A DNA stretch of 29,973 bases, from the NCBI GenBank assembly GCA_048882325.1, contig JBHLRS010000038.1:1-29973 (forward strand), given 5' to 3'. Within the stretch, counting starts at the first letter, position 1. Each line of letters opens with the position of its first letter. The position numbers and the translations under genes are program-made. This document shows positions 1 to 9,039 of this stretch, in pieces. The notes under the pieces were generated by a model that saw only the letters and a program-made list of their open reading frames with translations, did not search any database and was not told the DNA's origin. This DNA is from Candidatus Thorarchaeota archaeon. GTDB lineage: Archaea > Asgardarchaeota > Thorarchaeia > Thorarchaeales > Thorarchaeaceae.

Positions 1-15
1 TCATGATTCTGGTTA

Positions 16-294
16 TTAGTCCACTTCTCTCCGAGATATCCTGTATACGACTTGATGTCGGTAGTCGGGACATCCTGTAGTCATAAAATCGCTTCCATCC
101 CCTTCCTCAGCAAAGCTGCCTCCGGAAAGCATGACCATTATCCAAGGAAACAAGACATAGTATGATGTAGAACACATCTTACCTCTGTCCTCAGGATAGC
201 TGTAACTGTCACCTATCTTCTGGTTCATTGAACAATTACCTTCTCCCTTGATGTCTATCACTTCAATCGTGACCTTGTACCGCTTCAACTTCAT
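16..294 (-). CDS. TIGR04076-family small Cys-containing protein
   Basis: Family-like pattern KVTIEVIDIKGEGNC...KIGD...MC...LFPWI...GCPD...VVYRI. ATG at 294 preferred; the ORF track extends to 303. Confidence 0.75.
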   Translation of the reverse strand: MKLKRYKVTIEVIDIKGEGNCSMNQKIGDSYSYPEDRGKMCSTSYYVLFPWIMVMLSGGSFAEEGDGSDFMTTGCPDYRHQVVYRISRREVD

Positions 295-487
295 CACCAG
301 CATTTGGATGCATCACAATTCAGTATTAGAACTGATTCACAAGCGCAAAAGCATAGACAGGTATTACTGAAAACAGCCTAAACTGAGGTTCAAGACTTCC
401 TTTTGCAGTGCAATTTCTTCTCTGGAATCCCTATCGAGAAATCCTCATATCGCTTCCAGCTTATGCAATGAAGAGGGGTATTCTCGA

Positions 488-1126
488 GTGAAGATTGAGA
501 TTGATGCCACTGATTTGAAGTGGGGGACTTACTACAAGGACGACAGATGTAGTGAAGTAGAGAGAATCCTTCAGAAAATCCCAAGATACAGTGAATGTGA
601 AGTGAAACGTCAGCATTACGATGATGACTTTACGTATGATCCGTATATCCTACAGGACGAAGGAGGGGAGGATATACTCATACTAGAGGGATGGCAGATA
701 GATGCATTGAATGCTTCAGAACTCATCTCGTTTGTCAAAGTGGAACTCAGGAGAGCTCAGTACTCCGACAGAGTGGAAGCTGTGGCACTGCTGGTGATAA
801 TGGCAAGTATACTCGTCGGTGGAACCGATTTAGTAACCATTGGTCTTTCCTTTTTGGCTACATTCGCTAATCCACTATTTCCAGGTGGTGGCACAATACC
901 ACTCATGTCCTTTCTACTCCTGATTGTTTCAGGGACAGTGTATCGCATAAGGAATAAGAGGACAGCTTCGGTAAGGGGAGAGATAGATCGAGAGGCAGCA
1001 AATGAAGACCCACTGTTTCTCGAAGCCCTAAGGAAACTTGCATCTGTACCAGCTGGAGAGTATGTGTATAACGAGGTGTACAAGAAGAGACTTGAGGGTG
1101 TCACAGGTTCTTCACTGGGAGGATAG
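488..1126 (+). CDS. Membrane protein resembling a degenerate M48 (HtpX/Ste24-like) peptidase without HExxH
   Basis: Central hydrophobic hairpin flanked by LNASELISFVKVELRR and GEIDREAANEDPLFLEALRKLA...KRL. Confidence 0.55.
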   Translation: MKIEIDATDLKWGTYYKDDRCSEVERILQKIPRYSECEVKRQHYDDDFTYDPYILQDEGGEDILILEGWQIDALNASELISFVKVELRRAQYSDRVEAVALLVIMASILVGGTDLVTIGLSFLATFANPLFPGGGTIPLMSFLLLIVSGTVYRIRNKRTASVRGEIDREAANEDPLFLEALRKLASVPAGEYVYNEVYKKRLEGVTGSSLGG

Positions 1127-1153
1127 GCGTGCAGGGCCGTTCTCTAAGACTCC

Positions 1154-2149
1154 TCAGCCGTATCCATGTAGGACTTCAGTTATCTTTTCTACGATGTCAT
1201 AGACAAGGTTAGGATGATTGTCACAGAACGCGTGGGAATAGACTGTGTTAGAGGTGATGATCTTTCCATTGCTCTTGGAGATCAAATCCTCAAGACGCAT
1301 TTCTCCCCCATCACGAATTGGCATGACGTGTTGGACCACAATACCAACATCAGCAGCCCCCTGAGACCGTAGCATCTCTGCGGCCCTTAGTAGTGTGTTT
1401 CCACTCTTTACAATGTCATCCAAAAGAATGACATTTTTACCCTTGACATCAAGAGTGCCATTCATCTCTATTGTGAAAGAGTCCGTACGACGCTTACTAA
1501 AGCCAGGAACTCCGAACCTTTTCTGTGATCCCTCATCTGGTGCTGTCAAGATATAGTCATCAAACTGGAAGAATTTTGCTGCGTGACTGATGATTTCCTG
1601 AGTGAGGTCTATCACTTCATATTTCCCCTGAGTAACTAGCTTTTCAGTCCAAGATAGACCTCTGTTCACAACGGGGTCCACAATCCAGAGTTTGTCACAG
1701 AAGTTTGCTATGGACTCCATGGCGCTTCGACTTGATACTGCTTCTCCCGTTTGGAAGGCCTTGTCTTGGAGAGCGAACGGCTGAAATGTTAACACAACCT
1801 CAATGCTACTGGGAGGTTCCAGAGGTTCTGTCTGGTATTCCTTATGTCCAACCTTTTCCACTCTGCAAGGATGTGCTAGAACATCAAGAATGAGAATGAG
1901 TTCTTGAATACGATCAGAGGTTGTGAAGTACTCATTGGCAATTGTTGATCCGGTACAGCTCTGAACAACGACCGCCCTCTGACCTGCAAGTTCCTCGATG
2001 TCTGCAATTCTCACATAGAGGTCTGAGTTTGGAAAAAACCGTTTTCCATCAAAGTTTCTTGCAGAGCAATACACTTGGATTCCGAGATCTGAGAAGCTCG
2101 TCTTTAGATGTTCAGCACCACTCGCCAAGACAACCTTGAACTTGGACAT
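1154..2149 (-). CDS. Divergent ribose-phosphate pyrophosphokinase (PRPP synthase)-like protein
   Basis: FPNSDLYVRI, VVVQS, QDKAFQTGEAVS, APDEG, KRR loop and PRT motif DVKGKNVILLDDIVKSGNTL. Confidence 0.8.
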   Translation of the reverse strand: MSKFKVVLASGAEHLKTSFSDLGIQVYCSARNFDGKRFFPNSDLYVRIADIEELAGQRAVVVQSCTGSTIANEYFTTSDRIQELILILDVLAHPCRVEKVGHKEYQTEPLEPPSSIEVVLTFQPFALQDKAFQTGEAVSSRSAMESIANFCDKLWIVDPVVNRGLSWTEKLVTQGKYEVIDLTQEIISHAAKFFQFDDYILTAPDEGSQKRFGVPGFSKRRTDSFTIEMNGTLDVKGKNVILLDDIVKSGNTLLRAAEMLRSQGAADVGIVVQHVMPIRDGGEMRLEDLISKSNGKIITSNTVYSHAFCDNHPNLVYDIVEKITEVLHGYG

Positions 2150-2245
2150 TTTTGTTCATTTGAGAAAGTGGATTCAAGGAATTTATCTCAGTTGCGGTAA
2201 TCACTCACACTAACTGTTAGGATTAAGGGATAATGCCCAGAGAAT

Positions 2246-3112
2246 TCAAAATACCTTTTCTAGAAGAGTCAACGCCATCATGTCTTCCTCGATTGGTTGA
2301 ATCCAGTGTAGCGAATACAGAGTTTCAATATAGTCCATTTGATATGTCATGAAGATGCTCTTGCATCCACGATCAACAGTCATCCTCAGATGATGTGAGA
2401 GTTGGTCCTGAAAAGCTACTTCATCGCTCGCATAGATTGTGAAACTCCATTGAGGTCCAGTCTGATCCTGGCGGATGAAACCAAGAGAGAAGGACATGAG
2501 CTCTCCTTCTTCTATCTGAATCCAGAATTTTGTTAGCAATCCAATTTTATCCAAAGCTCTACGAGAGACATCGAAAGCCTTCCAGTCATAGACTATTACA
2601 TCGAAAGGCAGAAGTTCTGCATCTATCAAAAGCGGGTGTAAGTCCTCCGCAGAAACTTCTCGAATCGGTCGTACTTTTGAGCTCCATGACACCTCATCGA
2701 TCCTATCCTGCCAATGGAAAGCAAGGTCGAACTTTCTCTTCATTCCCACCTGTTCACCCATATGAAGAGAGGCCTCGTTACTGACAGCGGTGGTAAACCG
2801 AACACGTTCAACTGACAGCTCCTTTGCTACTGCGACAACATGATTGGTGAGAATCATAGCGAGCCCCTGATTTCTATGGTCAGGATGGACTCGAAGACCC
2901 TCCATCCACCCAGTTCGACCATCTTCAATCACCCTCAGGTTCGCTAGAGCAATCACATGATTATCACGTTCAATAGCAACAGTATGTGAGTCCTTGTCAT
3001 TTAGCCAATTTTCAAAGAAGAAGGGAAGATAATCATGTCCGTCCCAAGTGTGTCTAGCAATCTCAAGGATATCATCCCAGTCGGAATCACGGAGAGGTCG
3101 AACGGTTTCCAT
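2246..3112 (-). CDS. GNAT family N-acetyltransferase
   Basis: GWMEGLRVHPDHRNQGLA acetyl-CoA motif A and NEASLHMGEQVG. Confidence 0.9.
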   Translation of the reverse strand: METVRPLRDSDWDDILEIARHTWDGHDYLPFFFENWLNDKDSHTVAIERDNHVIALANLRVIEDGRTGWMEGLRVHPDHRNQGLAMILTNHVVAVAKELSVERVRFTTAVSNEASLHMGEQVGMKRKFDLAFHWQDRIDEVSWSSKVRPIREVSAEDLHPLLIDAELLPFDVIVYDWKAFDVSRRALDKIGLLTKFWIQIEEGELMSFSLGFIRQDQTGPQWSFTIYASDEVAFQDQLSHHLRMTVDRGCKSIFMTYQMDYIETLYSLHWIQPIEEDMMALTLLEKVF

Positions 3113-3169
3113 CGCGCGAATAAAATGGCACAGTATTCTTTTGAATTCGATGTTTACGAGTGTTTGGTG

Positions 3170-3550
3170 CTAATCACCAGTTGGGGTCACTGTTCTCCCT
3201 TCTACCATCAGAATTGCGGTACGTTCTGGAGCCCTAGTCCTATGGAGAACTCCTTTCGGGACCATGAATCCTTGCCCTGGTTGTAGTTCATGCGCCTCTT
3301 CACCAATGTCAATAAGTAGCTGGCCATCAACCACGTAGAAGAACTCGTCTTCATTATCGTGTTTGTGCCAGTGGAACTCTCCATGGATGACACCGAGTCG
3401 GACAACGCAGTCATTCACCTCGCAGAGAGAGAAGTTCTGCCAGTCCTTCTCAGACTTTTCAATCATATCCAGAACATCAATCAGTTGCAAGGGACCAAAC
3501 TCTACCTCTGTACTTATGGAATATCGATCTTCCTGACTGTCCTTTTTCAT
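3170..3550 (-). CDS. Cupin domain protein
   Basis: GEFHWHKHDNEDEFFYVVDG and VPKGVLHRTRA cupin motifs. ATG 3550 preferred over 3580. Confidence 0.9.
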   Translation of the reverse strand: MKKDSQEDRYSISTEVEFGPLQLIDVLDMIEKSEKDWQNFSLCEVNDCVVRLGVIHGEFHWHKHDNEDEFFYVVDGQLLIDIGEEAHELQPGQGFMVPKGVLHRTRAPERTAILMVEGRTVTPTGD

Positions 3551-3692
3551 CGACTTTTCTCCGGGATATTCTATAAACAACCTGATGCCAATTGTCAGGA
3601 CACCTTGTGGTCATAAAATCACTTCCATCAGTAAAAATCAGTTAATCAGACCGATTCTTTAGAACCATGATTAATTCGTTCTCTCACTGATT

Positions 3693-4283
3693 TTACTGAT
3701 CATTTAATCCCTTTCCACTGAGAATTTGCTGGACATATTTTTCAACCCTTGACACCCGAGTTTTGGATTGTTTGGGTTGAGAGAAATAGAGAAGGTATGC
3801 TCTCTGCCGTCCCGGCGTCAATGCGTCAAAAGCAGACTTCAAGGCAGGTATCTCATCTAATTTCTTTTGAAATTCCTCAGGAATTATGTATTCTGTAGTC
3901 TTTTTGAAATCCACTTTCAAACCAGCCTTTTCGACTTCAATGGCTTCATGAATATAGGCTTTCAAGATGGGTTCCATTTCAACTATTTCCCGAACACTGG
4001 TGAACCGAATCTGGCGTGTTGCTTGCGTGTTCTCCGTTTGTGAGATTAGAACGCCATCAGTATCTTTTAGCAGAGCACCTTTGAAAAACAGAAGGGCACA
4101 GTATTCTTTGAATCCATGTATCAAAACTATGTTACTTTTCTGAAACGTGTAACAGGGATTACGCCACTTGAATTCCTCGGTCAATCCACAGTCAAGTGTG
4201 ATCTTCCTCAATTTCCTAAATTCTTCCTGCCACTTTTTGGCTTTACTTAAGAATGCATCAACCTTAGGATTCGTTTCTACCAT
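3693..4283 (-). CDS. YdeI/OmpD-associated family protein (DUF1801 + OmdA-type domain)
   Basis: NPKVDAFL..AKKW, FKW..PCY, GFKEYCALLFFKGALL, AFDALTPGRQRAY, SKTRVSRVEK, GKGLND. Start at ATG 4283 (MVETNPKVD). Confidence 0.9.
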   Translation of the reverse strand: MVETNPKVDAFLSKAKKWQEEFRKLRKITLDCGLTEEFKWRNPCYTFQKSNIVLIHGFKEYCALLFFKGALLKDTDGVLISQTENTQATRQIRFTSVREIVEMEPILKAYIHEAIEVEKAGLKVDFKKTTEYIIPEEFQKKLDEIPALKSAFDALTPGRQRAYLLYFSQPKQSKTRVSRVEKYVQQILSGKGLNDQ

Positions 4284-4372
4284 ATTGTCAAGTTCGCAGC
4301 TTGATGATTTATAGTAATAGATATCGTCACGTCGAAAATCACACAAAAACTTCTAGCTGATTGGGTAGTAGA

Positions 4373-5056
4373 ATGAATTCAGCAACACAGAAGCACAGAC
4401 AAGTAATACTGAAAACGGACGAAACCGTGTTCCAACACATGCCCCCAGAAACCAACGACCACGTTCCTATGACAGTCTGGTGTTCACTGATTCCACCTGG
4501 CGATATTGGCAAACTGACCGAGTTCGAAGATGAGCTACTATCAGTCAATCAAATCTATGAGGATTGGTTGGTTTCAATGAGGGGAAAATCAGTGGTTGGT
4601 ACTGACGTGGGAGTCCTACTTGACAGAATTAGAATGCTGATGATTAACATTGGGATTGCCTGTGCGACAAATCGTGAGCTTGCTGAGGAGATACAGACAA
4701 TCCTATCTACAAATCTGAGAAGTCGCGCTTTGGGCTTGGTTTCCCAGATGCCAGAGGAGCCTCCGGAAAAACTGGCTGTAAAGGAGACACTCTCAACATT
4801 CTTTTCAGAGCTTAGGTTCACACGGGATATATTCCCAGAAGAGGAGATTGGGAAAGCAACCCCTGAGAAAATCAAATCATCTGGAAAGAGTGACGCGAAG
4901 AAGGGCATGTTTGGAAAAATCCTCAAGTCTGTTAGAGGGTCATCCGAAACTGTTGATAAGGAGAAGACTGCGGAAGCTGCAGTTCTTGAAAGCTCCAATA
5001 TTCTAAAACGAATCTACATGCGGCTCTTGAGTCCAGATCCTTGGGGAGAATATTAG
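4373..5056 (+). CDS. Hypothetical, largely helical protein
   Basis: Long ORF filling the space between ydeI and the phosphoesterase; no recognised family motif. Confidence 0.7.
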   Translation: MNSATQKHRQVILKTDETVFQHMPPETNDHVPMTVWCSLIPPGDIGKLTEFEDELLSVNQIYEDWLVSMRGKSVVGTDVGVLLDRIRMLMINIGIACATNRELAEEIQTILSTNLRSRALGLVSQMPEEPPEKLAVKETLSTFFSELRFTRDIFPEEEIGKATPEKIKSSGKSDAKKGMFGKILKSVRGSSETVDKEKTAEAAVLESSNILKRIYMRLLSPDPWGEY

Positions 5057-5628
5057 ATTCGAACAATACGGTTCTCAACCTTCTGAAACTGAGCAGTTGA
5101 TTCTTTCAAAATCTTCCAGTCAGTTAGATATTGCTTTATCAGGAGAGTATCCTCATTTACCTCAAGCTCCATGAAACTAGCATCAGTCCGACCAGCCCAG
5201 CCACCAGTGGCGCCAGAGATAGTGCCAGGATTCAGAAACAGTTTGTCCTTGTGCAGGTCGATGGACACTGTGTGAGTATGTCCATGTATGGCAACATCTG
5301 CGTCAATCTGTTGCGTTATCTCCCAGAGCTGTTTAATGTTACCTCTTGGTCGGAGTTGTGTACCATGGATGAGTAGGACATTGAAACTGTCAAGTTGGAC
5401 CTGTTCATGGAAGTTGTATTGACTGCTATAGTCCATGTTCCCAATGACGATGAAACTTCTGGGTAATGGAGGAAGAGCTTTACGCATCTCAGCCTCTCGA
5501 ACAAGATCTCCTGTGATGAGAGCCATATCGTAGCTGGTCTGTTCTATGCGGTGATAGAACGCCTCAGGGATTGCATCCCTCCGTGACGGGATGTGAGCGT
5601 CTCCAAATACAAGGATTCGTTGACTCAT
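5053..5628 (-). CDS. Vps29/YfcE-like calcineurin-fold metallophosphoesterase
   Basis: GDAHIPSR, TGD, GNMD, HG, HGHTH, NPG motifs. Confidence 0.9.
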   Translation of the reverse strand: MSQRILVFGDAHIPSRRDAIPEAFYHRIEQTSYDMALITGDLVREAEMRKALPPLPRSFIVIGNMDYSSQYNFHEQVQLDSFNVLLIHGTQLRPRGNIKQLWEITQQIDADVAIHGHTHTVSIDLHKDKLFLNPGTISGATGGWAGRTDASFMELEVNEDTLLIKQYLTDWKILKESTAQFQKVENRIVRI

Positions 5629-7913
5629 TTGTTTCGAACTCTGGACAGGTTATCCAATATCTTTGCGTAAACTTCCTTCTTGGGACTTTTGGCTAGTTTT
5701 GAGAGCCGTTCCACGATGAGCTCGGGCGTACTTCGAGCTAGAATGCCAAATTTTGGAGTTCTATCAACGATTAGGTCAAGATTCTCATCTAGTCCCTTTG
5801 CCTCAATTCCATCCACTCTGATTGGGGCATCAGTGACCTCGTCAATCTCTCTGGCAAGATGGCTACAGATGACAGTTGAAGTTTTAGGATCGCTCTGGAG
5901 TATCTCAATAAGCCCTGCAATGACGTTGGCTGCACTTCCAGGCTCTGTGATTGCTTCAACTTCGTCAAATAGTGCTAGCTTTGCCTTGTCAGAAACTACA
6001 ATGTCTGCGAATTGTTTCAAGGTTGTTTCGAAAGCACCCGCACTTACCATACCTCTGCTCTTGTAAAAGAAGTATAACTCTTCAAAGACAGGGAGATATG
6101 CTTTCTTGGCTGGAACGGGAAACCCGGACTGGGCCATTGTGACTATCTGGGCGAGAGTCTGTATCGTGGTTGTCTTTCCACCACTGTTTGCTCCTGAGAG
6201 GATTGCGCAGTTCTCTCCGTTTGTGCCAACAGGCTGGAAGGGAGTCTTTCCAATGCTGTAGTCTATGGGTTCGACTGTCCCGTGCTTGCCTTTTAGGTAG
6301 CTCTCTGTCAGAAAGAGGTTAGTTGCATCCTCTACCCCCACTCCTGTGTACTCTGAAGATATATCAGGTGTGTGTAATTCATAGTCAGCTGAAAAAAGAC
6401 CCACTGCCAAGAACAGGTCAAACTCGAGGAGAGTTTGGACAGCCTGCGTCACAACTGTTTTTAGCTGGTCGAGTTCGTTCGCGAATTTCTTGATGAGTCT
6501 GAATTGTTTATCCGCAAAAATACGCCTGAGCTTGTCCTCAAGGTCGTTAATCTGAGTGGTCACCATTTTAACAGGCAATGAAATCTCTTCGCTGATGATT
6601 CCAGTCACCCAGTCTGCCTCTCGTACAGTTAAGCCAAGCATCTGAACCAGTTTGTCCTCTGCTTCCTGGAGCGTTGTGGTGAAGGTTTCGACAATTTCTG
6701 CAGGTAGCATGTTTCTCAAGGCACTTCCATCTGCGCCTTCCATGTCTGCAGACTGTAGGATGCTGATAATCTGCTGACCGCCCAGTGTCACTTCGCTCTT
6801 AGAGATTCGTGTGGTTATCTCTTCGTTCAACCAAGCTTCGGTTTCAGCTATTGCTGTTGGATATATTCGCACAGCGTTTCGATAACGATCAAGCTCTGCG
6901 TCAATACCCTGAGCCAGGTCCCCATCTTCATCTAGATTCTTGAGAATCTCGCCTACCTTTGTGAGTCTATCAAAGTCCAAACCTGATGTGAAGGTGGACA
7001 CAGATTCATTTGTTGGGATCTCTGAGAATGCCTCCACAATCTGACACGAAGCGTCAATCACACGATAGTTCCGAGCATAGAAGCTAACTGTCTTCTCAGG
7101 TAGTACATCTTCAAGAGACCAGTCCTTCCCGAGAATCTCCACATTGTCAAGCATGTCAATAGATTCATCGTAGATTCCGAGAGGTGAGATGTAGAGGACC
7201 AAGTCATACCCTTGGGCATAGTCTGCTCCGCTTTCACCTTCAGATAGGACATACACAGGACACCATCTGTCAACACCCTCTTTGATGAGTGTATCAAACA
7301 CTTTGTCATCGTTTGTGATGATCACTCTGCCCTCGAGTCGTCGTGGCTTGATCCTGCGATAGAGACCTCTCACCTGACTGAGGAGGCTCTTCAGTTTCTC
7401 TCGCTGCTCTTTACCAAGGCTTCTTGCCATGGAAGCTGCATCAGCGAAATACTTCTGCCTTTCAAGAATGACATCTAGCTTTTCTGGAGGCAAGGGGAAA
7501 TACAAGAATAGCTTGTCTTTAGCATAGGTGGTATTTGCATAGCCCCGAATGATGTCAAGACTGGATTCGTAGATTTTCCGAATGTCCTGGCTGCGAAGTA
7601 GCATGTTGGAGCTTGCACCAAACTCCTTCTCAAAAGCACCTTTTACAAGGTTGACTGCTTGCCTAGATCCAATGCCTGGAACTGCAGCCACAAGATCCAC
7701 CCGCGAGTCATGAATCACCTTGAGTGCCAAAGACTCGCTCCCAAAGTGTTCTATCAGTGCTTGCTTGACTTTCTCACCTACGCCAGGGATATCTGAAAGA
7801 CTTTCTAGGGTCAATGGTTCGTCCCCCGAGTATTGACTGCTTTGTCTGCGTTGATTGTCACTTTCCTTAAAGTCTTGACTCTCTGACTCACTGATGTATA
7901 TTGTACGCTCCAT
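5625..7913 (-). CDS. Archaeal HhH-containing MutS family ATPase (MutS2/MutS5-like)
   Basis: N-terminal HhH motifs IPGVGEK and VPGIGSR; Walker A SGANSGGKTT; AGAFETTL; Walker B LFDEVEAITEPG; SH. ATG 7913 preferred. Confidence 0.9.
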   Translation of the reverse strand: MERTIYISESESQDFKESDNQRRQSSQYSGDEPLTLESLSDIPGVGEKVKQALIEHFGSESLALKVIHDSRVDLVAAVPGIGSRQAVNLVKGAFEKEFGASSNMLLRSQDIRKIYESSLDIIRGYANTTYAKDKLFLYFPLPPEKLDVILERQKYFADAASMARSLGKEQREKLKSLLSQVRGLYRRIKPRRLEGRVIITNDDKVFDTLIKEGVDRWCPVYVLSEGESGADYAQGYDLVLYISPLGIYDESIDMLDNVEILGKDWSLEDVLPEKTVSFYARNYRVIDASCQIVEAFSEIPTNESVSTFTSGLDFDRLTKVGEILKNLDEDGDLAQGIDAELDRYRNAVRIYPTAIAETEAWLNEEITTRISKSEVTLGGQQIISILQSADMEGADGSALRNMLPAEIVETFTTTLQEAEDKLVQMLGLTVREADWVTGIISEEISLPVKMVTTQINDLEDKLRRIFADKQFRLIKKFANELDQLKTVVTQAVQTLLEFDLFLAVGLFSADYELHTPDISSEYTGVGVEDATNLFLTESYLKGKHGTVEPIDYSIGKTPFQPVGTNGENCAILSGANSGGKTTTIQTLAQIVTMAQSGFPVPAKKAYLPVFEELYFFYKSRGMVSAGAFETTLKQFADIVVSDKAKLALFDEVEAITEPGSAANVIAGLIEILQSDPKTSTVICSHLAREIDEVTDAPIRVDGIEAKGLDENLDLIVDRTPKFGILARSTPELIVERLSKLAKSPKKEVYAKILDNLSRVRNK

Positions 7914-7987
7914 GAGACTATACTCCCTATTACAATTCAATGTCTCAGGGGTATTGAAGTACTCCTACATTTTCTGGTTCTTGAGGG

Positions 7988-8971
7988 CTAATATCCTCGT
8001 TCAAGATTTACAATGTTCAGTGGAGTTTCTCCACCAATGAATCGCAGGATGTTCTTCGCAGCAAACAGGAACAGTTCACGTTCAATCTCTGCAGAGTAAG
8101 CAGCTCTGTGAGGTGAAACTACAATATTATCGAGCTCGTGGAATGGTACATCAGATGGTGGGATTGCTGTTCCGCGCCATTGTGAGGGATATCGCCACCA
8201 TACATCAATTCCTGCACCACGAATCCGTTTCTCCTTTAGAGCCTTATAGAGAGCCTGTTCATCAATGATTTGTCCACGAGAGATGTTCACCAGAATTGAG
8301 GTTGGTTTCATCCAGGAGAGAAACTCTTTATCAACAAGACCTGCGGACTCGTCTGTCAGAGGTAGGGATAAGATCACAAAATCTGATTGTTCGACAGATT
8401 GCTTAACTTCACCAATACTGACAACGTGGTCTACAAGACCAGCATTGCTTGAAGTGCCACTCCGAGTCGCAGCCGTAATGGTCACATCAAAGGACTTCAA
8501 TCTCTTTGCTATGTCTACACCTATGTGACCAAACCCAATGATGAGGACATTCTTGTTTCGAATCTCAAGGTTCGGAACCGGACCACCCCATCTATGGACC
8601 CAATTCCCAGATCTAAGCTCTCTGTCGCTGGGAATGAGGTTTTTCGCAACTGCGAGGAGAAGTGATATGGCAAATTCAGCCACCTCTGCAGAGTTGACAT
8701 GATTGTTGCAAAGAATGATGTTGCCACGCTCCTTTACTGCGTCAAGGTCCACTCTGTCGATCCCAGCTCCAAATGTTTGAATCATTCTAAGATTCGAAGA
8801 CTTCTGAATGAACTCTCCGGGTACGATGACAGATGCTACGATTTCTGCGTCACCACCCATTTCAAGCATCGACTCTACTGAACGTTCAGACTGAACTACT
8901 TCAGCCTGCTCACCAATTATGGATTTGAATATCTTGACGAGTTCATCAGGATAGGGAACAAGTACCTTCAA
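7988..8971 (-). CDS. D-isomer specific 2-hydroxyacid dehydrogenase
   Basis: GAGID, VAE, GFGHIG, LPLT, LVNISRG, GAGIDVWW, SPHRA. Confidence 0.92.
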   Translation of the reverse strand: MKVLVPYPDELVKIFKSIIGEQAEVVQSERSVESMLEMGGDAEIVASVIVPGEFIQKSSNLRMIQTFGAGIDRVDLDAVKERGNIILCNNHVNSAEVAEFAISLLLAVAKNLIPSDRELRSGNWVHRWGGPVPNLEIRNKNVLIIGFGHIGVDIAKRLKSFDVTITAATRSGTSSNAGLVDHVVSIGEVKQSVEQSDFVILSLPLTDESAGLVDKEFLSWMKPTSILVNISRGQIIDEQALYKALKEKRIRGAGIDVWWRYPSQWRGTAIPPSDVPFHELDNIVVSPHRAAYSAEIERELFLFAAKNILRFIGGETPLNIVNLERGY

Positions 8972-9039
8972 TCAACCAACTCCAAGCAAGTTGTTCCATG
9001 GCTTCCAGGCGAGTGTCTGGAAAACCATGGTTTGTCACT

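Noticed and set aside
4555-4998. 147-aa antisense ORF and many similar 60-140 aa ORFs in the track
   Set aside because: They overlap well-supported genes in other frames and show Ser/Leu-rich shadow composition.
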